Assembly: GCA_964557005.1 (NCBI GenBank)
Contig: CAZKYI010000002.1
Span: 129,526-193,525 of the forward strand
Origin: an uncultured Pseudomonadales bacterium
GTDB taxonomy: Bacteria; Pseudomonadota; Gammaproteobacteria; Pseudomonadales; JBECKS01
Length of the DNA: 64,000 nt
Direction of reading: 5' to 3'
This document shows positions 1 through 9,063 of the stretch, piece after piece. The number at the start of each line of letters is the position of its first letter. The stretch's first letter is position 1. Under the pieces are notes generated by a model. The model did no database searches. It had not been told where the DNA came from and saw only the letters and a list, made by a program, of their open reading frames with translations. The position numbers and the translations under genes were made by a program.

Positions 1-1269
1 AGAAAGCTCAGAGCCAATTACCGCGCGATGGCCTCCCTGTATTTGATTGTTGGCTTGATGGTGTTTTCAGGTATTGGGCCTTTAATCTGGCGGCTTGATC
101 CCGCTGCACAGGATTTAAGCCAGATTTCACAGGCACCCGCGCTTTCAAAAACCGCAGTGTTGTTTGATGCGCAAAAAAGTGTGTCACCAAGCGATATACC
201 GATGAAGGTCAGCCAATTACACATCGCAGGGCTTGCGCATACCGAAGTGGTCAAACTGCTTTGGCCAGCGGTGCCACACGCCGCGTATTACCAGATTTTT
301 CGCCATGAACATGCACCACGTGGTGCACATGATTTGGGCTTGCCGCTTGATGATACCGGGCGCTTGTATTTTGAGGACAAACTCAGTCTGGAACCGATTG
401 CTTATTATTACTCGGTTGCAGCGATGCAACACGATGGCTCAATCGCCTCTTATGAAACCGTCAAGGTGGAACCCGTGATTGCGGTACGGAAAAATGTGGC
501 ACAACAAAAAATCGCTGAGGGCGTATGGCAGACTTTACCCTCCATCGAAGTAGATGGGCATGAACTGGAAAGAGTTAAACTTTCAGCCCACCCGATGGGC
601 ACTGATTATTTGGGGCGCGACATGATGTCACGCCTGATGCACGGCGGAAGAACCTCTTTGTTAATTGCGCTGATGGCCTCGCTGTTATTTGTTGCCTTTG
701 GTTCGGTTTATGGCGCGGCATCGGCTTATCTGGGTGGCAAGGTGGATAATGTGTTAATGCGCTTTGCGGATTTTGTTATCGCGCTGCCTTTCCTGCTGTT
801 TATGATTTTGTTGAAGGTGGGGTCGGGGCTTGGCCCGGGTGAAAGCGGAATCAGTGTGATGATTGTTTCGCTGATTATACTAAGCTGGCCTTCGAGTGCG
901 CGTTTGATTCGTGCGCAAGCACTGGTATTGCGCGAACAAAATTTTGTATTGGCAGCAAAAATTTCTGGCGCAAGCACCACGTATATTCTTGCAAAACATT
1001 TTACGCCCAATGTGTTGTCGCTGGTGTTGGTGAGTTTAAGTTTTGCCATACCCTCGGTCATGCTCACCGAAGCTTTTCTTTCCTTTATTGGTCTGGGTGT
1101 TGTGCCACCGACACCGAGCTGGGGTGCGATGTGTCAGGAAGGTATAAAAAGTTTTTTATTTCATCCGCATGAATTGATTTTCCCTGCCAGTTTTATTGGC
1201 TTGACCGTGCTGGCATTTAATTTGCTCGGCGATGGTTTGCGCGACGCTTTGGATGTGAAGGTGGCGTGA
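1..1269 (+). CDS. ABC transporter permease, DppC/OppC family; 5' end lies upstream of the window
   Basis: Frame 1 is open from nt 1. RKLRANYRAMASLYLIVGLMVFSG looks like a typical DppC N-terminus and TM1. PMGTDYLGRDMMSRLMHGG and EAFLSFIGLG are permease motifs. The first periplasmic loop carries a ~150-aa insert. The stop overlaps the next start (ATGA). Confidence 0.85.
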   Translation, partial: RKLRANYRAMASLYLIVGLMVFSGIGPLIWRLDPAAQDLSQISQAPALSKTAVLFDAQKSVSPSDIPMKVSQLHIAGLAHTEVVKLLWPAVPHAAYYQIFRHEHAPRGAHDLGLPLDDTGRLYFEDKLSLEPIAYYYSVAAMQHDGSIASYETVKVEPVIAVRKNVAQQKIAEGVWQTLPSIEVDGHELERVKLSAHPMGTDYLGRDMMSRLMHGGRTSLLIALMASLLFVAFGSVYGAASAYLGGKVDNVLMRFADFVIALPFLLFMILLKVGSGLGPGESGISVMIVSLIILSWPSSARLIRAQALVLREQNFVLAAKISGASTTYILAKHFTPNVLSLVLVSLSFAIPSVMLTEAFLSFIGLGVVPPTPSWGAMCQEGIKSFLFHPHELIFPASFIGLTVLAFNLLGDGLRDALDVKVA

Positions 1270-2246
1270 TGTCTATACTGTCTGTGTCCAACCTCAATGT
1301 GTGGTTTAAACAGGGAACAAATCAGAATTGCGCGGTGCATGCGGTGAGGGATTTGAGTTTTTCTCTTGCAGAAGGTGAGTGTCTGGCGATTGTGGGAGAA
1401 TCTGGCTGCGGTAAGTCAGCAAGCTTGATGAGTTTGTTAGACTTGAATGGAAATCACGCACACAGAAGTGGCGAGATTATTTACAAGCAACAGGCGCTGC
1501 ACGATTTCAGCGAGCAACATATGCGAAACATTCGCGGCAAGGAAATCGCAATGATTTCTCAGGATGCCATGAGTGCGCTCAATCCAACCATGACGATTGG
1601 CGCGCAAATCGCAGAGGCCTTGAAAAATCGCAAAAATATCAGTCAACAACAAGCACGAAAACAGGTGTTGCAATTATTGATTGAAACAGGAATCAGCGAA
1701 CCCGAACGCAGAATTACGCAATATCCTTTTGAATTTTCGGGCGGCATGTTACAGCGCGTGATGATTGCCATCGCCCTGGCGGGCGAGCCAAGCGTGTTGC
1801 TGGCAGATGAACCGACAACGGCGCTGGATGCGAGCATACAAAAACAAATTATCGAGTTAATCAAAAACATTCAAAAACAGCGGCAAATGGCTTTGATTCT
1901 GGTGAGCCATGATTTGGCACTGGTGTCGCAAATTGCCGACAGAATTATCGTGATGTACGCGGGTGAGGCAGTCGAAGTGGCCAAAGCAACTGATTTATTC
2001 AAACAACCGCAGCATCCTTACACGCAAGCGTTATTGGCTTCCTTGCCAAAACTGTCCAAACAAAAAAACCGCGAAAAATTACACGTGATTGAAGGGCATC
2101 CACCGGATTTATCACAGCCTATTGCGGTGTGTGCTTTTGCTGATCGTTGCGACAAAACCATGCACATTTGTGCGCGTGAAAAACCGCCTTTGTTTGAACA
2201 GCCTGCACATTGGAATCGTTGCTGGCTTGCTCACTTACCTGCGTGA
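1269..2246 (+). CDS. ABC transporter ATP-binding protein, DppD/OppD family
   Basis: Walker A GESGCGKS, signature FSGGMLQR, Walker B LLADEPTTALD. Cys-containing oligopeptide-type C-terminal domain (CAFADRC..HICAREKP). Confidence 0.9.
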   Translation: MSILSVSNLNVWFKQGTNQNCAVHAVRDLSFSLAEGECLAIVGESGCGKSASLMSLLDLNGNHAHRSGEIIYKQQALHDFSEQHMRNIRGKEIAMISQDAMSALNPTMTIGAQIAEALKNRKNISQQQARKQVLQLLIETGISEPERRITQYPFEFSGGMLQRVMIAIALAGEPSVLLADEPTTALDASIQKQIIELIKNIQKQRQMALILVSHDLALVSQIADRIIVMYAGEAVEVAKATDLFKQPQHPYTQALLASLPKLSKQKNREKLHVIEGHPPDLSQPIAVCAFADRCDKTMHICAREKPPLFEQPAHWNRCWLAHLPA

Positions 2247-2254
2247 ACACCGCC

Positions 2255-3040
2255 ATGTTAGAAATCAGACATCTGCATAAACAGTTTCAACATTCCAAAG
2301 GCTGCCTGAAAGCCGTAGATGATGTGAGCCTGAGCATTGGTGAAAAACAGGTTGTCGGTTTGGTGGGTGAGAGCGGTTCGGGAAAATCCACTTTAGGCAA
2401 AATGCTGGTGGGTTTGTTGGCAGCGAGCAGTGGCGAAATTGTATGGAATGGCAAACCTTTTCCTGCAAGGTTTTCCCGAAAGGATTACCTGTTTTTTAAC
2501 ACGCAAATACAAATGATTTTTCAAGACCCTTATTCCTCCTTGAATCCACGCATGCAGGTAAGGCAAATACTGGAAGAACCCTTGCTGTTAAATAGAAATC
2601 AGACCTATTTGAAAAAATCGAAACAGGCGCAAAGTCTGTTTCTTCAGGAGCAGTTGGAGCAGGTAGGTTTGCGGCCTGAATTTCTCGGGCGTTTCCCGCA
2701 TGAATTTTCAGGTGGGCAATTACAGCGCATTGGCATTGCGAGAGCCTTGATTCAAAAACCGAAGCTTTTGATTTGTGATGAACCGATTTCTGCGCTCGAT
2801 GTTTCGATTCAGGCACAAATTGTGAACTTGCTAAAATCGCTTCAGGAGCAGAATCAGTTAAGCCTGTTATTTATCGCGCACGATTTGGCGATGGTGAATT
2901 ATGTGTGTGATGAGGTGGCGGTGATGTATCAGGGCAAGATTGTGGAATATGGTTCGCGCGAGCAGATTTTTTTTCACGCACAACACCCGTATACGCAAGC
3001 GCTTTTACAAGCCAATCCTGTGCTTCCATCAAACGTCTGA
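2255..3040 (+). CDS. ABC transporter ATP-binding protein, DppF/OppF family
   Basis: Walker A GESGSGKST, signature FSGGQLQR, Walker B LLICDEPISALD. I prefer the ATG at 2255 (MLEIRHL) because the 2210 start overlaps the upstream gene. Confidence 0.9.
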   Translation: MLEIRHLHKQFQHSKGCLKAVDDVSLSIGEKQVVGLVGESGSGKSTLGKMLVGLLAASSGEIVWNGKPFPARFSRKDYLFFNTQIQMIFQDPYSSLNPRMQVRQILEEPLLLNRNQTYLKKSKQAQSLFLQEQLEQVGLRPEFLGRFPHEFSGGQLQRIGIARALIQKPKLLICDEPISALDVSIQAQIVNLLKSLQEQNQLSLLFIAHDLAMVNYVCDEVAVMYQGKIVEYGSREQIFFHAQHPYTQALLQANPVLPSNV

Positions 3041-3044
3041 CTAT

Positions 3045-3776
3045 TTAGCGGGCAATCGCTACAAATTTTCCGCTCTCCAGATTCAGCACCATATAGCCCG
3101 ATTTCAAACTGCTGATAAAGCTGAAAACGCCGTAATGATTGGCATCCAGTTTTGCAAGCGCAGAGTCCTGCGCAATAATCCGTTCGTCTACCGCCTGCTG
3201 CGGGCTCATGGCATGGTCGCGCAGTTTTGCAATCTCGTTTTCAAAAGCGCTATACAAGGCTTCCTGGGCAAAATAACTTTCACCCGTATTGAGAATATGG
3301 GTCAGTGTGACGGCTTGAAGGCTTGTTTGATCTTCGGGTAATTCGATGGCAATGATGGGTGTTTTAAATGCGTGAAGCGCCTTGATGTTGGAAATATCAC
3401 TATACGTTGGCTCGGCAAAGGTGGTGGCATAGGCGATGTGAAATTCGCCTTGCGCATAAAAAACCGCCAAGGGTCTTACGGTGTACATGGAATGTAAACC
3501 ATATAACAAAGCGCCGATTTGAATGAGTGCAATGGCACATAAATCAAACTTCATGCCGCGTTTGTACTTGTTATAAATAATCAGCGTTACCAGGGGGCCA
3601 AGCACAACGTCAATGCCGCCAATCAGCGACAGAATCAGTTGGCCGCCTTCTGCGTAAAATAAAAAACCCGGCAGCAGGAAAAAATACGTGTAGCTGAACA
3701 ACAAACAAAACAGAGTTGCACTCACAAGCAGGTGAACACCAAAGGCGGTGAATCTTGATTCGGGTAAATGGAACAT
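3045..3776 (-). CDS. hypothetical integral membrane protein: N-terminal TM helices plus a C-terminal soluble domain
   Basis: Hydrophobic segments FGVHLLVSATLFCLLF, LILSLIGGIDVVLGPLVTLII and LCAIALIQIGALLYGL. The start at M14 (3776) is preceded by AAGGA 7 nt upstream. I recognised no family with confidence. Confidence 0.55.
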   Translation of the reverse strand: MFHLPESRFTAFGVHLLVSATLFCLLFSYTYFFLLPGFLFYAEGGQLILSLIGGIDVVLGPLVTLIIYNKYKRGMKFDLCAIALIQIGALLYGLHSMYTVRPLAVFYAQGEFHIAYATTFAEPTYSDISNIKALHAFKTPIIAIELPEDQTSLQAVTLTHILNTGESYFAQEALYSAFENEIAKLRDHAMSPQQAVDERIIAQDSALAKLDANHYGVFSFISSLKSGYMVLNLESGKFVAIAR

Positions 3777-3866
3777 AATGAAGTCCTTATTTGGCGATAG
3801 CGTCAAAAATGGCAAGTTGAGTAAAAATACACTATTTATAGTACAAAAACAGCATTTAGGGGCTTA

Positions 3867-3894
3867 TTGTATATTGCCAATGCGTGCGTATAAT
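3867..3894 (+). promoter_or_regulatory. sigma70-type promoter for the cold-shock gene, giving a ~65-nt 5' UTR
   Basis: TTGTAT (3867-3872), a 16-nt spacer, then TATAAT (3889-3894). A long leader before the ATG at 3966 is typical of csp genes. Confidence 0.5.
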
Positions 3895-3965
3895 CAGTCG
3901 AGCTAAAGGATTTGCGAGAAACAAATTTCTTTGGCGTTACAATAATAACTAACGGAATTAAGTCG

Positions 3966-4178
3966 ATGTCTGATCAAGTAGTAATCGGTAAGGTAAAGTT
4001 TTTTAATGACTCCAAAGGATTTGGATTTATAGAGCAAGAGGGTGGCCCTGATGTGTTTGTTCACTTCAGTGCTATTGAGATGGAAGGGTTTAAAACCTTG
4101 AAAGAAGGTCAAGCCGTTCAGTTCAAAGTAGTAGAAGGCAAAAAAGGCCTTCAAGCTGAAAACGTAAAACTTGCCTAG
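3966..4178 (+). CDS. cold-shock protein, CspA family
   Basis: [37 protein letters not shown] contains the RNP1 motif KGFGFI and the RNP2 motif VFVHF. It is 70 aa. The 3912 start adds a non-homologous extension. Confidence 0.95.
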   Translation: MSDQVVIGKVKFFNDSKGFGFIEQEGGPDVFVHFSAIEMEGFKTLKEGQAVQFKVVEGKKGLQAENVKLA

Positions 4179-4208
4179 TAAATGCTTCGGGCATTTACTG
4201 AAGCCAGG

Positions 4209-5051
4209 CTAGGGAAAAACAATCGTGCGGTTTCCGTGCACGAAAACTTTTTCGCGTATCACAAGCTGCAAGGCTTTCAATAACACCGATTCTTCCAGTT
4301 CCTGACCTGCTCTGGCCAGTTTATCTGGCTGGTAGCTGTGGTTAACGTGAATCACGTCTTGTTGAATGATGGGGCCCTGATCAAGTTCCTGATTCACAAA
4401 ATGTGCGGTGGCACCAATCATTTTTACACCCCGTTCAAACGCTTGCTGGTAGGGTTTCGCCCCTGCGAATGCGGGCAAGAAAGAATGGTGAATGTTAATA
4501 ATGCGATTGGGAAATTGCGCAACAAAATGTGGCGATAAAATCCGCATATATTTTGCCAGAACCAGATAATCAACCGGATACTGCGCAATACATTCCAGCA
4601 ATTTTTGTTCGTGGGTTGCTCTTTCAAGATGCTGGTGATCGATAAAGTGAAAAGGCATTTCAAATTTTTTCACCAGTGGCTCAAGTGTGTTGTAGTTACT
4701 GATAACTGCACAAATATCCACATCCAGCGCGCCATAATAATTTTTAATCAGCAATTCACTCAGGCAGTGCGCTTCTTTTGTAGCTAGCAATATCAGTTTT
4801 TTTCTGTTGGTATTGACGATGCGACGTATGGCACCTGCGGGTAGTACGTGGTCGAGATCTGCCAAAAATGCTTCGGCTTTAAAACTGTCGGTGCTTTGAA
4901 ACACGGTGCGCATGAAAAAGGTTTGGCTTTGTGAATCAACAAATTCACTGTTTTTAACCACGTTCAGGCCGTGCTCAAAACAGGTACGAGTAATGCCTGC
5001 AATCAGGCCAGGTTGATCACGGCATTCGGTGAGCAGGATATGTTGTTTCAT
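4209..5051 (-). CDS. purU: formyltetrahydrofolate deformylase
   Basis: N-terminal ACT-like region (ILLTECRDQPGLIAGITR) plus a formyl-transferase core (INIHHSFLPAFAGAKPY, GATAHFV). Its start overlaps the upstream stop (ATGA). Confidence 0.9.
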   Translation of the reverse strand: MKQHILLTECRDQPGLIAGITRTCFEHGLNVVKNSEFVDSQSQTFFMRTVFQSTDSFKAEAFLADLDHVLPAGAIRRIVNTNRKKLILLATKEAHCLSELLIKNYYGALDVDICAVISNYNTLEPLVKKFEMPFHFIDHQHLERATHEQKLLECIAQYPVDYLVLAKYMRILSPHFVAQFPNRIINIHHSFLPAFAGAKPYQQAFERGVKMIGATAHFVNQELDQGPIIQQDVIHVNHSYQPDKLARAGQELEESVLLKALQLVIREKVFVHGNRTIVFP

Positions 5052-5908
5052 TTGCCTTCCAGAGCGTTAAAAATGCAGCGGCTTAATAAATCCGTATCAG
5101 TGGTTGAATTTTTCTGACATTCAAGCAGCGCGGGCAGCACGGGTTTGAATTTGACATTACGGATATTGGCCTGTTCTCTTTCACACAGGTTCAGACGATA
5201 AAGAGAAAAACTTTGTTTTTCCAACAAATTGGCTGTGTAAATCTCGGAAATCATATCGCCATAAGCACTGGCTTTTTGCTTATCGGTATTTTTTTTCCTG
5301 AAAGCTTTTAATGCTTCTTTTTGGGTTTTTTCATCTTTACCAAGATTTCTTTGTTCAGCTACAAATAAAGCGTGCTGCTGTTGCCAGCCGCACAGCGCAT
5401 GGGTTTGTATGTCACCACGCGCATCGTCGAAATTGTTCAGGGCATGGTGCCTAATCAGATTGACCTGATTCTGAAAGGTTAATTCCAGATTGTTTCTTGG
5501 TCTGCCAAGCGCGGGCTTGAAATTATAACATTTGTCTTGTGTACCTTCGGCGTATTCTGCTTCAACCATTTGGCGTGCCTTGTGTTTGAGAATTTCTTCA
5601 AGCACGGGAAACTGTTTTTGTACTTCCGCTGAAAATCCCGATTTCCATTTGGTGTAATTGGTATCGTATTCGTTAAGAAAGAAACTGTATTGAAATTCCC
5701 ATTCCTCGAAGGCTTCATGGTTTCTTTGAATCTGCGAGACAAACTGTGCAGTACAGTAATCGCGGGTTGCTGTGATGGTATAGAGAGACTGATTCAGTTC
5801 CTGAAAGGCATTGAGCACCTCGGTTTTGCTATTAGCTGTAACAGCAAAAAGCACGCCATGAAAGCCGGATAACAAAAAAATACCAAGGATAATGGATAGA
5901 CGTTTCAT
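5048..5908 (-). CDS. hypothetical secreted protein, Cys-containing
   Basis: Signal peptide MKRLSIILGIFLLSGFHGVLFA. No recognisable domain. Its start overlaps the upstream stop by 1 nt and its stop overlaps the purU start. Confidence 0.6.
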   Translation of the reverse strand: MKRLSIILGIFLLSGFHGVLFAVTANSKTEVLNAFQELNQSLYTITATRDYCTAQFVSQIQRNHEAFEEWEFQYSFFLNEYDTNYTKWKSGFSAEVQKQFPVLEEILKHKARQMVEAEYAEGTQDKCYNFKPALGRPRNNLELTFQNQVNLIRHHALNNFDDARGDIQTHALCGWQQQHALFVAEQRNLGKDEKTQKEALKAFRKKNTDKQKASAYGDMISEIYTANLLEKQSFSLYRLNLCEREQANIRNVKFKPVLPALLECQKNSTTDTDLLSRCIFNALEGK

Positions 5909-6342
5909 CAGTTTTTGCGGCGCAATATTTCTGAGCGCATTTCTTCAGCCATTTTTCCAAAGCCGTGTTTAAGACGTGATTCCATTAACAAGCCAACCAG
6001 TGGAGAGAGCAGGCCATCGAGACAAAATTCGGAGCGATAGAGCGACTGGTTTTCATTCACTGTTTTGACGGTATGTTTGCGGTAACTTTTTAATAAACCC
6101 AGTGGCAGGCTGATGCCATAATTCAGTATCACGCCAGGTTGATATTCGAGAATGGTTTCTTTTTGAAAGATGGGAAAGGGAAACAGGTAAACCTTCATTT
6201 TAATCGGCTCGCCCACCACCAGAGATGTTTCACACTGACTGACGAAACTGTTCCAGTCACCGTATTTGTCAACTTGTGTAATGACATTCCAGACTTCTTC
6301 GGAAGAAGCTGCGACGGTAAATTCGTTATCAATCTTGATCAT
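5908..6342 (-). CDS. SRPBCC (START/polyketide-cyclase-like) ligand-binding protein
   Basis: MIKIDNEFTVAASSEEVWNVITQVDKYGDWNSF is a typical SRPBCC N-terminus. The start at 6342 has GAGGGAG 6 nt upstream. Confidence 0.7.
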   Translation of the reverse strand: MIKIDNEFTVAASSEEVWNVITQVDKYGDWNSFVSQCETSLVVGEPIKMKVYLFPFPIFQKETILEYQPGVILNYGISLPLGLLKSYRKHTVKTVNENQSLYRSEFCLDGLLSPLVGLLMESRLKHGFGKMAEEMRSEILRRKN

Positions 6343-6378
6343 GGTGTGCTCCCTCAATGGTTTGCTCAATATTTGTGG

Positions 6379-7185
6379 TTAATTTACCGAAGATGACAAG
6401 CGAATATCAAGTTGTGTGCGTTGTTCCAGTATCGATTGATACAGGGTTTCAAGTGTCAAAAGGAAATTCTGATGAGCGGGTTGTGCCAGCGTATCGAAAT
6501 AGGGAATGAAATTCTCAGCAGCAACAGCCCTGAATGCGTAGAGCATGACAATTTCCTGATGCTGCGCAAGCAAGGCTTTGTGCTCCTGCGCGGTGGCTTG
6601 TGTGTAGAGTTTTTGCTGTTGCGGGTTGAGTTCGTTAGCAATGGCTTGCTGTATGTTGGCAAACAGCATGGCTTGCCAGTTACTGTAGTGATTCAGACCG
6701 TTCCAGGTTCGTACGATGCTCAGGCGATGTGCTTGCGGTGTTTCTGTTGCAAGTTTGTGGTGGTAATCAAGCAATGCCTGTTCATTTTGGGCGTGCATGC
6801 TTTTCTCTAATAAACCCCGTAGTTCTGTTGCAAGTGCACTGTTGTAGAAAGCATTCAAACTTTGGCGAGCTTGTGCGAAGGTTTGGTCGTTTTGTGTTGT
6901 TGTGTTTAAAGCGGTTTCCAACTGTGTTGTCAATTCCTGAGTATGAAATCTTGCCAGCAGTTTTTGTTGTATCAATTTGATTTCAGCTCGAGACAGCTTG
7001 AATTTTTTCTGATGCAATTTTTGTGTTTCGCTTTCGATAAAAACAGGTGCGAGAAAAAGTGCGGTATTTAAACCACTGTTTTCCAACAAGGCATCGTCCA
7101 GTGTTGCAGCAAACAGTTTACCGTTGATGGACAGACCAATTAAAAGTACCAGCAAGAGGCCATTGAAAACTTTGGCGTGCATCAC
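6379..7185 (-). CDS. hypothetical secreted, Gln-rich protein
   Basis: Signal peptide MMHAKVFNGLLLVLLIGLSINGKLFAA. The remainder has a composition suggestive of helices (not predicted). A 4-nt overlap with the upstream gene's stop suggests translational coupling. Confidence 0.6.
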   Translation of the reverse strand: MMHAKVFNGLLLVLLIGLSINGKLFAATLDDALLENSGLNTALFLAPVFIESETQKLHQKKFKLSRAEIKLIQQKLLARFHTQELTTQLETALNTTTQNDQTFAQARQSLNAFYNSALATELRGLLEKSMHAQNEQALLDYHHKLATETPQAHRLSIVRTWNGLNHYSNWQAMLFANIQQAIANELNPQQQKLYTQATAQEHKALLAQHQEIVMLYAFRAVAAENFIPYFDTLAQPAHQNFLLTLETLYQSILEQRTQLDIRLSSSVN

Positions 7186-7577
7186 GCGGCTTGATCCAGT
7201 TTTTCCTTTATGGACATGGCAACCTGAATCAAATTGAAATCGCCTTCGATGAGAATTTTTTTATCCTGAATAAAATTGAACAGTAGATGCTTTTCTTTTT
7301 TGAGTGCAAAAGTTATTTCGAGCGCTTCTTTGGGGTGGGTGAAGCTGACAATCATGCTCGGCAGGTTCACGCTGCTGTCTAAAGGTTGTGCCTTGCTGCG
7401 TAATTTTCCATCAACAAGAATGAAATATCTGACGATGTCGTTTTGTAAAGTCTGGATTTGCAAGGCGAAGGCTTCCTTGGCCAGTTCCTGAAAAATGTGT
7501 GGTTTTGTAAACGACAACCATAACAGGCGCAATCTGAGCCGCCAAAAAACCAACCAGAGAAAAAGTCCAAACCACAT
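7182..7577 (-). CDS. SCP2 sterol-carrier-like domain protein; N-terminus uncertain, possibly frameshifted
   Basis: The C-terminal two thirds (..VNLPSMIVSFTHPKEALEITFALKKEKHLLFNFIQDKKILIEGDFNLIQVAMSIKEKL) resemble an SCP2 fold ending in the I.GD..L motif. A second frame (7596-7411) encodes a better-looking TM start directly after rubB. Confidence 0.5.
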   Translation of the reverse strand: MWFGLFLWLVFWRLRLRLLWLSFTKPHIFQELAKEAFALQIQTLQNDIVRYFILVDGKLRSKAQPLDSSVNLPSMIVSFTHPKEALEITFALKKEKHLLFNFIQDKKILIEGDFNLIQVAMSIKEKLDQAA

Positions 7578-7596
7578 AAGCGCTCTTTTTACTCAT

Positions 7597-8742
7597 CTAC
7601 TCAAGAATGGGGGGTAATTCCTTTTGCAGTGCCATTTTCTGTTTGGTTGCTTCTCCTGTGAGAGCAAACCCCAATAACTGGCCTGAACCATTGGTAAACT
7701 TTGCGAGTACGTTGGCACCGTCCACTTGTTCGTGCCACGAACCAGCGGTATTGGGTGCGGGAGGTGCAGTAACCACAGGACACACAGGCGTTTTGATTGC
7801 AACAGGCATGGGTGGGTAGCTGATTTCAGTGGGTTCGCCAGCAAGGGTCTTCCCAAGTGCTCTGGCACAGGCCATTAAAGGCAGAACAAATAACAACACA
7901 TGACCTTCGACTTCTGCGCAGTCGCCTAGTGCATAAACATGATCAGCACTGGTTTCAAGCAAGCGATTGGTTTTGATACCGCGATTGACTTCAATGCCCG
8001 CAGCTTTCGCAAGCGCAATTCTTGGGCGCAAACCAACGGCTGACAATACAATATCGCCTTCCAGAGTTTCGCCATTGGATAATTCAAGCGCAACACCCTG
8101 GGCACTTTTGTGAACTGCTTTGGCAGAAACACCAAAATGAAATTTTACACCCAGACTTTCAAGCCCTGCCTTAACGGCTGCCGAAGCTTGCTCAGGAATC
8201 AGGATTTGCAAGGGACGTTCAACGGGATCAATCACTTCCACCTGAAAACCGCCATTGCTCAAATCATTGGCAAATTCACAGCCAATTAACCCCGCACCAA
8301 TCACCAATACTTTCTTTTTACCTTGCAAGGCTTCGCGGAATTTTGCGTAATCGAGCAAATCATTCACGCTATACACTTGATCGAGCGCATCGCCTTCCAT
8401 CGGCGGGCGAAAAACAGCAGCACCCTGGGCAAAGACCAAATCACCATATTCGATGGTTTCGCCATTCGCAGTAATCACCTTGTTAGTGGTATCAACGGCA
8501 GACACTTCACAGAAAGTTCTGATGTCTGCATTCAGTTGTTCAGCCATTTGTTCCGCTGTTCCCATCGATAATTCAGCCGCTGTTTTTTCTTTGGTGAAGC
8601 CAGTGGAAAGCATGGGTTTGGAATAGTTATGTCCATCATCGGTGGTGAGCATGATGAGCGCACGCTCCTGATTATGCTTTCTGAATTCCTTTGCCAGGTT
8701 GTAGCCTGCCAAACCGGTTCCAATAATGACGAGAGGCTTCAT
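7597..8742 (-). CDS. rubB: rubredoxin-NAD(+) reductase (FAD-dependent pyridine nucleotide-disulfide oxidoreductase)
   Basis: FAD site IIGTGLAGY and NAD site VIGAGLIGCEF. It lies directly downstream of a rubredoxin gene and is the same length as RubB/NorW-type reductases. Confidence 0.8.
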   Translation of the reverse strand: MKPLVIIGTGLAGYNLAKEFRKHNQERALIMLTTDDGHNYSKPMLSTGFTKEKTAAELSMGTAEQMAEQLNADIRTFCEVSAVDTTNKVITANGETIEYGDLVFAQGAAVFRPPMEGDALDQVYSVNDLLDYAKFREALQGKKKVLVIGAGLIGCEFANDLSNGGFQVEVIDPVERPLQILIPEQASAAVKAGLESLGVKFHFGVSAKAVHKSAQGVALELSNGETLEGDIVLSAVGLRPRIALAKAAGIEVNRGIKTNRLLETSADHVYALGDCAEVEGHVLLFVLPLMACARALGKTLAGEPTEISYPPMPVAIKTPVCPVVTAPPAPNTAGSWHEQVDGANVLAKFTNGSGQLLGFALTGEATKQKMALQKELPPILE

Positions 8743-8778
8743 GGGGAGTTCTCTGCTGAATTTCTAAAATGTGGCTGG

Positions 8779-8809
8779 GAAAAAAAGAGCCTCGTAAGGC
8801 GAGGCTCTT
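8779..8809 (-). terminator. rho-independent terminator or attenuator after rubredoxin
   Basis: Perfect 10-bp stem AAGAGCCTCG/CGAGGCTCTT (8785-8794 and 8800-8809) with a 5-nt loop. It is followed by a T-run on the minus strand. Confidence 0.6.
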
Positions 8810-8825
8810 GAGAGGCGGCGAGTGT

Positions 8826-8993
8826 TCAGGAAATTTTGATCATTTCGAAATCTTCTTTCCCTACGCCACAATCCGGACAATACCAGTCGTCAGGGACATC
8901 AGCCCACTTGGTGCCAGGTGCGATGCCGCTGTCCGGATCACCCAAGGCTTCATCATAAATGTAGCCGCAAATAATACATTCCCACTTACTCAT
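8826..8993 (-). CDS. rubA: rubredoxin
   Basis: [15 protein letters not shown]...WYCPDCG carries both CxxCG knuckles. It is 55 aa. The longer 9077 start is not supported by homology. Confidence 0.95.
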   Translation of the reverse strand: MSKWECIICGYIYDEALGDPDSGIAPGTKWADVPDDWYCPDCGVGKEDFEMIKIS

Positions 8994-9063
8994 GTAATTT
9001 ACCTCTGATTTTGAGAGTGCTATAAAGTACGGATAGCCCGCCAAAAAGCAATAGTCTAATTGC

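Noticed and set aside
3045-3776. A vague recollection that this membrane protein resembles type IV pilin accessory proteins (TfpZ/FimB-like).
   Set aside because: I cannot reproduce a reliable motif match from memory, and no pilin genes are nearby. I left it as hypothetical.
4178-4198. The hairpin GTAAATGC-N5-GCATTTAC between the convergent csp and purU genes, considered as a terminator.
   Set aside because: It is an AT-rich 8-bp stem with no U-tract on either strand. It may still act in vivo, but I cannot support the call.
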